NCBI GenBank assembly: GCA_049322915.1
Contig: JBMOPW010000020.1
Location: 224,001-288,000 of the forward strand
DNA length: 64,000 nt
Direction of reading: 5' to 3'
Source: Candidatus Zhuqueibacterota bacterium
GTDB lineage: Bacteria > Zhuqueibacterota > Zhuqueibacteria > Thermofontimicrobiales > Thermofontimicrobiaceae
Of the stretch, positions 19,578 through 29,694 are shown in pieces (positions within the stretch are counted from its first letter, which is position 1; each line of letters opens with the position of its first letter). Below the pieces are notes generated by a model that was not told where the DNA came from, made no database searches, and worked only from the letters and a program-made list of their open reading frames with translations. The translations under genes and the position numbers were made by a program.

Positions 19578-20666
19578 ATGAAAACGAACAGATCATCTTT
19601 TTACCTGGCAACGCTGCTCATTTTTATGATGAGCTTTATTTTGCCGGGATGTTACACACAGCTTTCCCGGCCGCAAGTGGATACTCAGGATGAGTATTAT
19701 TCGGATGAAAACCGAAGTGAATACGATGCGGAAGAGGCCGAGGATTATTACGATGATGAACAATACGCCGACTCGACGGTGATTCAGGAAACGGATGTCT
19801 ACATTCACAATTATTATCCTTACGGGCCGGGCTGGAATTTCGGGTATTATGACCCCTTCTATTACGACTATTATCGCTGGAGCTATGTTGGCTATTATCC
19901 AGATTTCTGGTGGGATCCGTACAGCCACTATTGGGGCCCGGGCTGGTATGTCGGATATAGTTATTACGATTATTATTACTGGCGCAATCCCGGCTATTAT
20001 CACAATTACTACGGTTACAACAATAAACCGGAGCGGGGAGCGATGAATCAGCGGGAATTCAATCGTCGGTCGCCGGGATTGGCAGATCACACGCGACGGG
20101 ATGAGCCGCGAAATGTATCCCGCGTGGATCCGGCTCAAAACGTCAATCGAGCAGGACGAACCGATGCGGCATTGAAAAATCCAACCATTCGGGATGACGC
20201 TCGTTCCGTGAAACGGGCGGTGAAACAGACGCCCTCTATTACCACGCGTCCCAGGACGAAGGACAATAAAGCCATGGTCAATGATTTGAAAAAGCGGTAT
20301 TCTGAAAATAAACGGAATAATACTGCGACGGACGCTCGTAAGACGATTCGGGTGAAAGATCAGCCGCGTCAGGTGAAGCAAAATGTGCAGCGGCCGAAAA
20401 TAACAACGGTTCCAAAATCTCGCAGCGATGCGTCTCGCAGCACGAATAAAAATAGCGCTTCTCCGAGCACATCGAATCGGAGCAGCGGAAGTACGTCCGA
20501 CAAATCCAATACACCACCAAGCGGCAGCAGTTCATCCGGCAAGTCCTATACACCGCGCAGCAGCGGAAGCAGTTCTGGCTCTGCCACACGAAGCGTTTCC
20601 GCGCCCCCGGCGCGAACGACTGAAACCAGTTCAACGACTTCTAAAGGTTCAACCAACAAAAAGTAA
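19578..20666 (+). CDS. Lipoprotein with an acidic segment, a Tyr/Trp/Gly-rich block and an Arg/Ser-rich disordered tail
   Basis: AGGAG RBS; lipobox LPGC; composition read directly from the translation. Confidence 0.8.
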   Translation: MKTNRSSFYLATLLIFMMSFILPGCYTQLSRPQVDTQDEYYSDENRSEYDAEEAEDYYDDEQYADSTVIQETDVYIHNYYPYGPGWNFGYYDPFYYDYYRWSYVGYYPDFWWDPYSHYWGPGWYVGYSYYDYYYWRNPGYYHNYYGYNNKPERGAMNQREFNRRSPGLADHTRRDEPRNVSRVDPAQNVNRAGRTDAALKNPTIRDDARSVKRAVKQTPSITTRPRTKDNKAMVNDLKKRYSENKRNNTATDARKTIRVKDQPRQVKQNVQRPKITTVPKSRSDASRSTNKNSASPSTSNRSSGSTSDKSNTPPSGSSSSGKSYTPRSSGSSSGSATRSVSAPPARTTETSSTTSKGSTNKK

Positions 20667-20686
20667 CTTTTACATTGGAGCTGAAA

Positions 20687-21976
20687 ATGAAAAAATGGAT
20701 TATTTTTCCAATACTTCTGTTGGTCGGGTTGGTTGTTACATCCGCACAAGCGCAGACAGAAGCTTTCTTCCTGGGCCATATCACCGGTGTTGGTGGGCGC
20801 GCCCTCTCTATGGGTAGCGCATACCTGGCGGTTTCGGATGATTATTCGGCGACACTGTGGAACCCGGCCGGTCTCACGCAACTGCGACGGATGGAATTGT
20901 TCGCCTCAATGTCCAATTTAAAGTATCTGAACGAGTCCACCCTGGGCGAAGTGAAAAACTCGGATAAAACGACCAAGACCAAATTGAATTCAATCGGGTT
21001 CGCGTTCCCTGTCCCGACCTATCGCGGCAGCCTCGTGTTTGCCGTGGGCTATAATAGGGTACGTAACTTTGATTCCGGTTTTTCGTTAGGTCTGTACAAC
21101 AGCTATTACGGAGTGAATCAAGAATTTACTGAAATCGAAGAAGGCGGATTGAACAATTGGGTTTTTGCCGGCGCGATGGAAGTCACTGAAAATCTGTCCA
21201 TCGGCGCATCGATGAATATCTGGCGCGGAAATGATGATTACTATTTGAATTTCTATGAAGAAGACATTGATGATGCATATTATTATGATAACTATTCCTA
21301 CGATCAACAAATACTAACCAAGTACAACGCAGTGAATTTCAAGTTGGGAGCGCTCTATAGATTCGCCCGCTTCTTTAGATTTGCTGCCACCGTCGCCACG
21401 CCGGTGTCGATGAATGCCGAAGAAGATTGGGAGGAATTGACCTCGCAGGTGGAAGACGCCGACAGTCCGGATGAGGATTACCTGAACGATCAGTCCGGTA
21501 GCTGGGACTATGGCATCAAATTCCCGTTTGTATTTTCAGCCGGTGCTGCAGTCACTTTGTTGCCGAATATCGTGGTTTCAGGTGACGTTGAATACACGGA
21601 TTGGTCCCAGACCCGATACACCAAAGAACCGCCGGTCGGCGACAGGTTCAGCGAGAATCTGGATTTCAAACAGAATTATGCCGCCACGACCACGTATCGG
21701 GTGGGAGCGGAGTTCACAGTGCCGTTGATCAATGCCCAGTTACGGGCTGGCGCAATCAGAATTCCCTCGCCGCTCAAAGACGCAACGTCCCAGCAGGATA
21801 GAAATTACTACACCGTCGGTGGCGGGTTGTTGCTGGACAAACAAGTGAAAATCGATGTGGCATACATTCACGGCTGGTGGGAGAAAGCTGAAAGCTCTCT
21901 CTCCGAAGGCCTTGATCCTCTCAACGAAAAAATTACGTTTGATACCGTGTTTGCGACGTTGTCAGTTCGATTCTAA
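20687..21976 (+). CDS. Outer-membrane beta-barrel, FadL/TodX/OmpP1-like
   Basis: Signal peptide; GGRALSMGSAYLAVSDDYSATLWNPAGL; C-terminal SVRF. Confidence 0.82.
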   Translation: MKKWIIFPILLLVGLVVTSAQAQTEAFFLGHITGVGGRALSMGSAYLAVSDDYSATLWNPAGLTQLRRMELFASMSNLKYLNESTLGEVKNSDKTTKTKLNSIGFAFPVPTYRGSLVFAVGYNRVRNFDSGFSLGLYNSYYGVNQEFTEIEEGGLNNWVFAGAMEVTENLSIGASMNIWRGNDDYYLNFYEEDIDDAYYYDNYSYDQQILTKYNAVNFKLGALYRFARFFRFAATVATPVSMNAEEDWEELTSQVEDADSPDEDYLNDQSGSWDYGIKFPFVFSAGAAVTLLPNIVVSGDVEYTDWSQTRYTKEPPVGDRFSENLDFKQNYAATTTYRVGAEFTVPLINAQLRAGAIRIPSPLKDATSQQDRNYYTVGGGLLLDKQVKIDVAYIHGWWEKAESSLSEGLDPLNEKITFDTVFATLSVRF

Positions 21977-22006
21977 TTTACCAGTACAAAAAGCGATTTG
22001 TGAATT

Positions 22007-22051
22007 ATCTCTGCCATCGAATCCCGGCTTCCGGTGGCAGGGATTTTTTTT
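22007..22051 (+). terminator. Intrinsic terminator
   Basis: ATCTCTGCCATCG ... CGGTGGCAGGGAT stem followed by a T-run. Confidence 0.6.
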
Positions 22052-22065
22052 AATTTCAAATTGAG

Positions 22066-24177
22066 ATGAAACGGATCAGTCCGCAAATAATATTCCTCAC
22101 CTACCTGCTGCTCCTTATATTTCCTGCGCAGACTGCCGCCTCGGAAAAAACCAAACGGGCAGAGGCGCATTACCAGCAGGCCGTCTCGTTCTACCAGCAA
22201 AGCAACCGCGATTCCGCGCTCCATCATCTGAAAAAAGCTATCTCGCTCAATCGAAAACACGCAAAGGCATACCACCAATTAGCCGTGCTGTTCATGGACG
22301 AGGGGACTGTGCACGGCCGGTTCAAGGCGACTTTTGAAATGGAACGCGCTTTAAAACTGGAACCAAACAATCCGGAATTCCGCTATTCCTGCGCCCTTCT
22401 CAATCTCAAAAAAGGCTTGACCTTCGAAGCCAGGCGACAGTTCGAGAAAATCGTCGAGGCTGATCCGTACCATTACCAGGCTTATTTTCAACTTGCCGCT
22501 CTGGAAGAAGACCAGGTGATGGCCTACAAAGATATGATCAGCATCGATCCGGATCTGGATGGGATTATCTTCATGCAGTCCTTTGCCCTGCAAGCGCAAC
22601 AAAAGGCCGCGGATTACTTCAGGCAGGCCATATCAGCGAATCCCCATTTTACAACGGCATACTATCGTCTGGCGCTCCTCTATTTTGAATTCCAGCAACT
22701 GGAGCACATGATTCAATTATTGGAGAGCGCGGTGAAGATTATGCCGACGGATAAAAATTGCCATCTGTTTTTGGGATTTGCCTATCAGCACTCGCGACGC
22801 TATGCTGAAGCGGAACGCGAATATCATCTGGCCAGATCGCTCATGACGCACGAAGAGGAGTCAATTTTCGAATCGGTGGAGCCCATTCTGTCCCCGACTC
22901 AACTCAAACAGCTTCAGCGTCCGGGGCGCCCGGCTGATACAGACTCCCTGCTCGAAAATGTATGGATGAGCAAGGACCCGCTTTTTCTTACTGAATTCAA
23001 TGAGCGGAAATTGGAGCACTTCAGTCGCGTGGCCTATGCAAACCTGAGGTATTCTTTTCCGGACAGGGGCATCGAAGGTTGGCAGACGGACCGGGGTAAA
23101 GTGCTGATTCGCTATGGCAGCCCTGCCTTCAAATATCGCACGCGACCGTACATCGGCGCGTTTGTCGGTGGCACCCGGAATCCGCTTCACCATTCGAAAG
23201 AGTACTGGATTTATTCGGACTTTCATTTTATTTTCGAAGACCAGTATCTCTCCGGCAATTTCGCCTTTGCCTGGGAGGATGGGACGCAGCCCGATTTCAA
23301 ATATGTGTATGAAGAGATGATCAAGGACAGACCTGATTTTTACCAGGTTCATCCTGACTCCGAGATGTTTGACGTGCCAATGGAGATCGCTGCGTTCAAG
23401 GGCGCGACAGGGAAAACCGAGTTGGAAATTTATTACGGCATACCGGCCGGGAAAATCCGGATGAAACAGCAACAGTTCCATTTGAAACAGGGCGTGTTTT
23501 TTTTCGATCCGGATTGGAAACCGGTTGTGAACAGCCGGGCGGATCTATTTCTGACACATGGCGACCTCATCGAAGTGGACAACAGCGCCTTTGGTGTGGG
23601 TCGGTTTCAGGCAGTTCTGGCGCCCGGCGACTATTTTTTCGCCATGGAATTTTTGGATCAAAATTCCAGGCAGTCAGCGACCGTTCATCAGGAGGTGGCC
23701 ATCGATTCGTTTTTCGCGGATCGATTTCAAATGAGCCACGTGCTGTTCGCCCATGATCTGAACCCACCCCGGACAGACTCGCTGCCGACGCGGGCGGATT
23801 TTCACATCATCCCCAATCCGCTCAAAACCTATGGGCCGGGACAGCCGGTGATCCTTTACTACGAAATTTATGGGTTGAGTCAGGATAATTTCGGAGCAAG
23901 CCGATATAGCATAGAGTATAAAATTGGTCAGGATAGCAAATCAATCCCCGGCTGGAGGAAATTTTTTACGGAATTGAAATTGCTGAAAAAGCGGGGAGAA
24001 GTCACCTCCAGCTACGAGTACGCCGGAAATTCGAGAGACGATATTCAGTATCAGAGAATCATCCTGCCGCCGGACCTGGTGGGGAGGGTGCAACTCATCA
24101 TTCAAATCACGGATTTAATCGGCAATGCCACGATACAGCGGCAGGAACTGGTGACCGTCATCGACAGGAAAAAATAG
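22066..24177 (+). CDS. GWxTD-domain protein with N-terminal TPRs
   Basis: EHFSRVAYANLRY..EGWQTDRGKVLIRYGSP; signal peptide and TPRs. Confidence 0.88.
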   Translation: MKRISPQIIFLTYLLLLIFPAQTAASEKTKRAEAHYQQAVSFYQQSNRDSALHHLKKAISLNRKHAKAYHQLAVLFMDEGTVHGRFKATFEMERALKLEPNNPEFRYSCALLNLKKGLTFEARRQFEKIVEADPYHYQAYFQLAALEEDQVMAYKDMISIDPDLDGIIFMQSFALQAQQKAADYFRQAISANPHFTTAYYRLALLYFEFQQLEHMIQLLESAVKIMPTDKNCHLFLGFAYQHSRRYAEAEREYHLARSLMTHEEESIFESVEPILSPTQLKQLQRPGRPADTDSLLENVWMSKDPLFLTEFNERKLEHFSRVAYANLRYSFPDRGIEGWQTDRGKVLIRYGSPAFKYRTRPYIGAFVGGTRNPLHHSKEYWIYSDFHFIFEDQYLSGNFAFAWEDGTQPDFKYVYEEMIKDRPDFYQVHPDSEMFDVPMEIAAFKGATGKTELEIYYGIPAGKIRMKQQQFHLKQGVFFFDPDWKPVVNSRADLFLTHGDLIEVDNSAFGVGRFQAVLAPGDYFFAMEFLDQNSRQSATVHQEVAIDSFFADRFQMSHVLFAHDLNPPRTDSLPTRADFHIIPNPLKTYGPGQPVILYYEIYGLSQDNFGASRYSIEYKIGQDSKSIPGWRKFFTELKLLKKRGEVTSSYEYAGNSRDDIQYQRIILPPDLVGRVQLIIQITDLIGNATIQRQELVTVIDRKK

Positions 24178-24179
24178 GG

Positions 24180-25064
24180 ATGAAGAAACTGCTCATCACT
24201 GGCGGGAGCGGATTTGTAGGCACGTTTGTGACGGAGCTTGCCGCTCCCGGATATGAAGTTTATTCGCTGTACTCACAGCATGTGCCCGGTCATCGAAAAG
24301 CGACATTGATTCAGGTCAATTTCACCAATCCGGATCAGCTCCACCAGGTGCTGGCGCGCGTGAGGCCTGATATCATTCTGCACACTGCCGCTATTTCCAA
24401 GCCGGACGCCTGCGAAGCGGATCGGGACAGGACGGTGCAGGTGAATATCCAGGCGACGGTCAGTCTGGCTGACTGGGCCAGAGCCAATGGGGCGCGAATG
24501 ATTTTCACATCGTCGGATCTGGTTTTCGATGGTCGGCGCGGACATTACAGTGAGGACGATGCGACCAATCCGATCAGTTTTTACGGGGAGACAAAAGCGC
24601 GCGCCGAACAGTTACTGTCGGCTATGGACTTCAACTGCGCTTTGGTGCGACTCGCCCTGGTTTACGGCATCGGTCAGTTGCACCAGGAGAATTTCTTCCA
24701 CCAGATGGTGAATCAATTGCGGGCCGGGAAGTCCGTCAATCTTTTTTATGATCAATTCCGAACGCCCATCTCTGGCATCACCTTAGCCGAAGCATTGCTC
24801 GAATTGGCTGAGAGCGATTTCACCGGCATTCTGCACGTGGGGGGCAGCGAGCGGATCAGCCGTTGGGACTTTGGTCTGAAAGCGTGCGCCATCCTGAACC
24901 TTCCGACGGATACACTGCAACGCACGTCCATGTTCGATTTCCCATCCGCGGCGTCGCGTCCCCAGGATGTTTCCATGAATACAACCCTGGCGCAGCGCGT
25001 GCTGCGCACAAAACTGCTCGATTGCACCGAAGGCTTGCAGCGTGTGAAGTCTGCATTGCCATAG
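24180..25064 (+). CDS. RmlD-like (dTDP-4-dehydrorhamnose reductase family) extended SDR
   Basis: ITGGSGFVG, HTAA, SSDLVFDG, YGETK, DQFRTP and RPQDVSM. Confidence 0.85.
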   Translation: MKKLLITGGSGFVGTFVTELAAPGYEVYSLYSQHVPGHRKATLIQVNFTNPDQLHQVLARVRPDIILHTAAISKPDACEADRDRTVQVNIQATVSLADWARANGARMIFTSSDLVFDGRRGHYSEDDATNPISFYGETKARAEQLLSAMDFNCALVRLALVYGIGQLHQENFFHQMVNQLRAGKSVNLFYDQFRTPISGITLAEALLELAESDFTGILHVGGSERISRWDFGLKACAILNLPTDTLQRTSMFDFPSAASRPQDVSMNTTLAQRVLRTKLLDCTEGLQRVKSALP

Positions 25065-25080
25065 AACATCGATTTTATTC

Positions 25081-25109
25081 TTGCTTTTTTGACGCGGTTT
25101 CTTTATAAT
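25081..25109 (+). promoter_or_regulatory. Putative sigma-70 promoter for the MFS operon
   Basis: TTGCTT-N17-TATAAT. Confidence 0.6.
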
Positions 25110-25197
25110 AGCGGTGCATGAAACGATTCATCACGTAAAAACATCCTTCCTAAATTCCCTGATCATCGTATCTATTTCATTTAGCTGGAGCAATTTC

Positions 25198-26592
25198 ATG
25201 ACTCAAAACTTGCTGGACAAACCAGTTCACAGTCGCGAATTTCGCATCCGCCGATTCCTGAACTGGTTCCCCATGGGTCTGACCTATGCGTTTCTCTATA
25301 TGGGGCGCTACAATTTAACGGTTTCCAAGAATGCCCTCGGCGACCTCATGTCGAAAGCTGATTTCGGCGTCATCTTCGGCGCCGGGACAATCACCTATGC
25401 GTTCGCTTTTTTAATCAACGGCCCGTTGACGGATCGCATGGGAGGCAAAATGGCCATTCTGACCGGCGCATTGGGGGCTGCATTCATGAACGCCATTCTG
25501 GGCGTGGTCACTTATCTCGTGCTGACACAGAAAGCGACTATTAATCTCGTCCTGGTCTTTTCAATTATTTACTCGCTGAATATGTATTTCCAGAGCTTCG
25601 GCGCCGTGGCTATTGTGAAAGTGAACTCGTCGTGGTTCCATGTGCGCGAGCGCGGCGTATTCGGGGGAATCTTCGGCGTGCTCATCTCACTGGGCATTTA
25701 TTTCGCATTCGATTGGGGCACAGCGATCGTCGAAGCAACGCGCGCCACGCTGACCACGGATTTGAATTTCATTCAGACCGGGCTGCGAAATCTGATCGGC
25801 GTGACAGGATCGACCGTTGACCAGACCTGGTGGGTGTTCTTCATCCCTGCCATTCTGTTATTTGTGTTCTTCATATTCGAAATTTTTCTGCTCAGAGATA
25901 CGCCGTCTCAGGCCGGGCTACGGGATTTCGATACGGCCGACGCCTCGTCCGGCGAGGACGAAGGAAAGTATCAACTCCGTTTGCTTCTCAAAAAAATTCT
26001 GACCAATAAAATCATCATCACCGTCGCGGTCATTGAGTTTTGTACCGGCGTTCTACGGCAGGGCATCATGCACTGGTATCTCATTTTCACCAACGAGACC
26101 GGGCTCAGCGCCGAACATTTCATGCGCGCGCATTGGGGCCTCATTCTCATGCTGACCGGTTCTTTAGGCGGTATCTTCGCCGGATTTGTCTCTGACAAGA
26201 TTTTTGGCTCGCGGCGCGGGCCCGTGGCTGCGCTGTTTTACGGCATGATGATTGTGCTGACTGCAGCCATGGGGTTTGTCCTGGACATGAATCCCTTTGT
26301 CCTGGGCGCGATTGTTTCGCTCATTTCACTGGCAGTGATTGGCACCCACGGCATGCTCTCCGGCACAGCGACTATGGATTTCGGCGGACGAAAAGGCGCG
26401 GCTACCGCTGTCGGCCTGATCGATGGATTCGTCTATCTGGGAACCGGATTTCAATCAATTTGTCTGAGCCAACTTGTCACCATCAGTTGGAGTTACTGGG
26501 CGCCGTTTCTTGTCCCATTCGCCATCATCGGATTCATTCTGGCGATTAAAATCTGGCACGCCTACCCGCAGGGAAAACAAAAAGGCCATTAA
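25198..26592 (+). CDS. MFS transporter, organophosphate:Pi antiporter (GlpT/UhpT-like) family
   Basis: YAFLYMGRYNL, NGPLTDRMG, WFHVRERG, GFVSDKIFGSRRGP and TAVGLIDGFVYLG. ATG at 25198 follows GGAG. Confidence 0.85.
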   Translation: MTQNLLDKPVHSREFRIRRFLNWFPMGLTYAFLYMGRYNLTVSKNALGDLMSKADFGVIFGAGTITYAFAFLINGPLTDRMGGKMAILTGALGAAFMNAILGVVTYLVLTQKATINLVLVFSIIYSLNMYFQSFGAVAIVKVNSSWFHVRERGVFGGIFGVLISLGIYFAFDWGTAIVEATRATLTTDLNFIQTGLRNLIGVTGSTVDQTWWVFFIPAILLFVFFIFEIFLLRDTPSQAGLRDFDTADASSGEDEGKYQLRLLLKKILTNKIIITVAVIEFCTGVLRQGIMHWYLIFTNETGLSAEHFMRAHWGLILMLTGSLGGIFAGFVSDKIFGSRRGPVAALFYGMMIVLTAAMGFVLDMNPFVLGAIVSLISLAVIGTHGMLSGTATMDFGGRKGAATAVGLIDGFVYLGTGFQSICLSQLVTISWSYWAPFLVPFAIIGFILAIKIWHAYPQGKQKGH

Positions 26593-26615
26593 CTTTTAAC
26601 TGAAGGAGCGCTTTC

Positions 26616-27329
26616 ATGAATTTCTTTGAAATTATCATCCTCACGGCTCGCCCGGCCTCGGGCAAATCTGAAGTCATTGACTATTTGAAAAAGACAGAAG
26701 TGGAAACCCGAAAGCAGCGGTTTCATATAGCTGAATTCGATGAGATCGATGACTTCCCATTTGTGTGGGATACCTTTGTCATCGATGATATTCTGACCCG
26801 GCATGGCAGACCCCGCCTGTTCACCAACGAAGATTATTATTTCAACGACCCATTTGTGTGGAATTTATTCATCGAAAAGATCAATGTCGCCTACGCCAAG
26901 AAACTGGCCTATAACCCCAATTATCACAAAACCCACAGCGCCATCATCGAGTTCGCGCGCGGCGGTGAAAATGGCATTGGCGAAGCGCTGTCCTATTTGA
27001 GCGCCGATATCCTCAGTCGGGCGGGCATTGTGTACATCGATGTTTCGTACGAAGAGTCAGTTCGAAAAAACCGGGCGCGGGCACGAAAAGGCCAGGAGGA
27101 TTCTATCCTGTTTCATTCATTGCCGGATGAAAAAATGGAGTTTTATTATAAGACAAATGACTGGAAAAAATTGACGGGCGCGGATCCTGAATTCATCAAC
27201 GTGAAGGGAATCAATGTGCCGTACTCGGTCTTTCGCAATGAACCGGACGTGACCACGCGCGGCGGTGAGCCGCTGGGCAAAGCGCTGGAGGATACGCTCG
27301 GCCGACTGTGGAAAATCAAAAATAAATAG
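26616..27329 (+). CDS. Uncharacterised P-loop NTPase/kinase-like protein
   Basis: N-terminal IIILTARPASGKSE (Walker-A-like), IIEFARG and YIDVSYEESVRKNRAR (lid-like). Confidence 0.7.
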   Translation: MNFFEIIILTARPASGKSEVIDYLKKTEVETRKQRFHIAEFDEIDDFPFVWDTFVIDDILTRHGRPRLFTNEDYYFNDPFVWNLFIEKINVAYAKKLAYNPNYHKTHSAIIEFARGGENGIGEALSYLSADILSRAGIVYIDVSYEESVRKNRARARKGQEDSILFHSLPDEKMEFYYKTNDWKKLTGADPEFINVKGINVPYSVFRNEPDVTTRGGEPLGKALEDTLGRLWKIKNK

Positions 27330-27349
27330 TCTGTTCGCCGGAATAAAAT

Positions 27350-27384
27350 AAAAGTGCACGACGGGTTTTGCCGTGCACTTTTTT
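27350..27384. terminator. Bidirectional intrinsic terminator
   Basis: AAAAGTGCACG-N11-CGTGCACTTTTTT between convergent genes. Confidence 0.75.
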
Positions 27385-27554
27385 CATTTCTGAATCGGTG
27401 GATGATACCGGCGTGGCTCCACTGTTCCGGGAGTCACTGGCCTGCCACAGGCAGTAACGCAGATAACTTTCACACCCTGCTGCAGCGGACGCCGATGGCC
27501 GGCGCGATGAGCATGACAGCCTCTTTCCCGATGAGTCGTCATCGGAGCGGGACA

Positions 27555-29081
27555 TCACTTCATGCGAATTCGGCCTTCGATTTTCGAATCAATTTTTTTC
27601 TGCTGCTCAATGGCCTTCACCACGACTTCCGTGAGAGGGATCATCAGATCGATCACTTTTTCAGGTTTGGAATACAGGTATTTTTCGTAATTGGCGAGGA
27701 CAAAATCCACGGTTGCCCCGGTGTAGATTCGCTGCGGATCGATCTTCTTGCCATTGACATGAGCCTTGAGTATTTTTATCGAACCATCGCCCTTTTTTTC
27801 GATGGCAATGGTAAGCCCTGAAACTTGCAGGATTCCGCCTTGCTTGTCCATGGCCGCTAGGGCGTTGTTATGAATCACGTTCAACAGATTCGCGCCGGTC
27901 ATTTCAAATTTGCACAGCGAATTATTGAACGGCAGGATGTTTTTGATATCCAGCTTTTTAATCACCCCGCTATCCAGATCCCGGCGAATGCCGCCGCTGT
28001 TGATCACCGCAAAATCGGCCTCGCAGTAGGTCCGAATGCAGTCCGCGATGAAATTGCCGATATTACTTTCCCCTTCAGAATTGCGATGCCACGGCGCGAC
28101 CAGTTCGCCAATGACGCGATCGTATTCCGCATTGATCTGGTTCTCGTAGATGGCAATCTCTTTCTGCAGCGAGGAATCGGGCGCGACACCCTCATTTTCG
28201 AGAGGAATGAGTTCGTAGGTGAACTGCTGAACCGTGTCAGCGGCAACCGTGACGTCGATATGTCCCAGGTTCATGCAGTTGCTGCCGGCCTGAACTATGT
28301 ATTTTCCATTGACACGAACCGGCTCTTTCAGCCGGGAATGGCTGTGTCCGCCGATGATGATGTCCACCGCCGGGCCGACATTAGAAGCCATCTCATAGTC
28401 AGCGTCCAGCCCGCGGTGACTGAGGACAATGATGAGATCGGTCAGCGGGTCGATGACTTGGGCGAGCGAATCCACGATGGGAATCGCCGGACGGACGATA
28501 ACCTGGTTGCGCTGCGGCATGTTGATGTAATCTTTCAGATCGTCCACGATGACGCCGATGACTCCGATTTTCAAATCCGCTTTCGTGAAAATGACGTAGG
28601 GTTTCTCGGTGAATAACGCGCCGTCTTCGGTGAACAGATTGGCCGAGACCACCGGAAAATTACACAGGCGAATCAGGTTGCGGACGTTGGCCACAGAAAT
28701 GTCGAACTCATGATTCCCCAGGGTCATGCCATAGTATTTCATGTAATTGAAAAAATGAATCAACGCGCCGCCCCTGGCGCTGTCCACCTCGATGTCTGAA
28801 ATGGGATTGCCGGTCATAAAATCGCCGGCATCCAGCAGCAGGAGTTGAGGCTGCTCCGCTCTGAATTTACTGATGTAATGGTTGAGCGCCTGCACTCCGC
28901 CCACCCATCGCGTGCCGCCCTGGGGTTCTTTCGATTTGATGGAGACAGGGACGAATCCCGCGTGGATGTCATTCGTGTGTAGAATCGTAATCGTTTTTCT
29001 GGACGAGTCGGTACCATAACAGGACTGGAACAGCGCCAGCGTGAGGATGATTGTTGTAATCAGATTGTTTTTTATTTTCAT
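27555..29081 (-). CDS. 5'-nucleotidase / UDP-sugar hydrolase-family metallophosphoesterase
   Basis: ILHTNDIH, LDAGD, LGNHEFD, LSHRG, IGGHSH, NSGGIR, ILPFNN and LQVSGL; signal peptide. Confidence 0.93.
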   Translation of the reverse strand: MKIKNNLITTIILTLALFQSCYGTDSSRKTITILHTNDIHAGFVPVSIKSKEPQGGTRWVGGVQALNHYISKFRAEQPQLLLLDAGDFMTGNPISDIEVDSARGGALIHFFNYMKYYGMTLGNHEFDISVANVRNLIRLCNFPVVSANLFTEDGALFTEKPYVIFTKADLKIGVIGVIVDDLKDYINMPQRNQVIVRPAIPIVDSLAQVIDPLTDLIIVLSHRGLDADYEMASNVGPAVDIIIGGHSHSRLKEPVRVNGKYIVQAGSNCMNLGHIDVTVAADTVQQFTYELIPLENEGVAPDSSLQKEIAIYENQINAEYDRVIGELVAPWHRNSEGESNIGNFIADCIRTYCEADFAVINSGGIRRDLDSGVIKKLDIKNILPFNNSLCKFEMTGANLLNVIHNNALAAMDKQGGILQVSGLTIAIEKKGDGSIKILKAHVNGKKIDPQRIYTGATVDFVLANYEKYLYSKPEKVIDLMIPLTEVVVKAIEQQKKIDSKIEGRIRMK

Positions 29082-29134
29082 GACGACCACCTGGAAGTGT
29101 TTTTTGAATAGTATGGAATTAGCGCGTGCGGAGC

Positions 29135-29163
29135 AATGTATACAAATAATTGAAAAAAATCAA
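29135..29163 (-). promoter_or_regulatory. Putative sigma-70 promoter for the nucleotidase
   Basis: Minus strand reads TTGATT-N17-TACATT. Confidence 0.45.
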
Positions 29164-29320
29164 GCACTTTGTAACATGGTCTGAGAAGGCGAAACCGGAT
29201 CATAAAAAGGAAATTTTATCATTGATTCTGATTTTCAAAATTAATATCTTGTGACTATCGAAAATTTTATTGTACACATCATGGAAAATTGACGATTCAA
29301 TAAAAATTGCGGAGCGGTCT

Positions 29321-29623
29321 ATGGTCAAACATATTGTCATGTGGCAACTGCACGAACATGCGGAAGGGCGTTCAAAACTGGAAAATGCAAATCGGGTGAA
29401 GGCGAGGCTGGAGGCACTAGCAGAATCGATACCGGAGATAAAATTGCTGGAAGTGGGATTGAATATCACGTCGGACCCGGATGCCTGCGATATCGTCCTT
29501 TATTCCGAATTCGACAGCCGCGAAGATTTACAGACCTACCAGGACCACCCGGACCACGTTGCGTTCAAGAAATTTATTCAGCCCATTCGATCCGAAAAGC
29601 GAGTGATAGACTATCTCATTTGA
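29321..29623 (+). CDS. Dabb (stress-responsive A/B barrel) protein
   Basis: MVKHIVMW...IPEI..LEVG...DIVLYSEF...YQDHPDH...IDY. Confidence 0.9.
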   Translation: MVKHIVMWQLHEHAEGRSKLENANRVKARLEALAESIPEIKLLEVGLNITSDPDACDIVLYSEFDSREDLQTYQDHPDHVAFKKFIQPIRSEKRVIDYLI

Positions 29624-29694
29624 ACCGCTCTGTGCCATGTACTGAGCAGATGTGCGGACGAATTTTAAAATACATCAAAGGGAGGATGAAAACC

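Noticed and set aside
19593..20381. 262-aa minus-strand ORF with an Ile/Val-rich hydrophobic stretch
   Set aside because: Mirror of the Tyr/Asp-rich codons of the plus-strand lipoprotein.
27385..27554. GC-rich gap after the nucleotidase stop, with short ORFs
   Set aside because: No convincing coding or structural signal.
29341..29694. 118-aa N-terminal extension of the CE7 esterase in the ORF track
   Set aside because: Overlaps the Dabb gene in another frame; family similarity and the GGAGG RBS point to a start at 29695 (or 29686).
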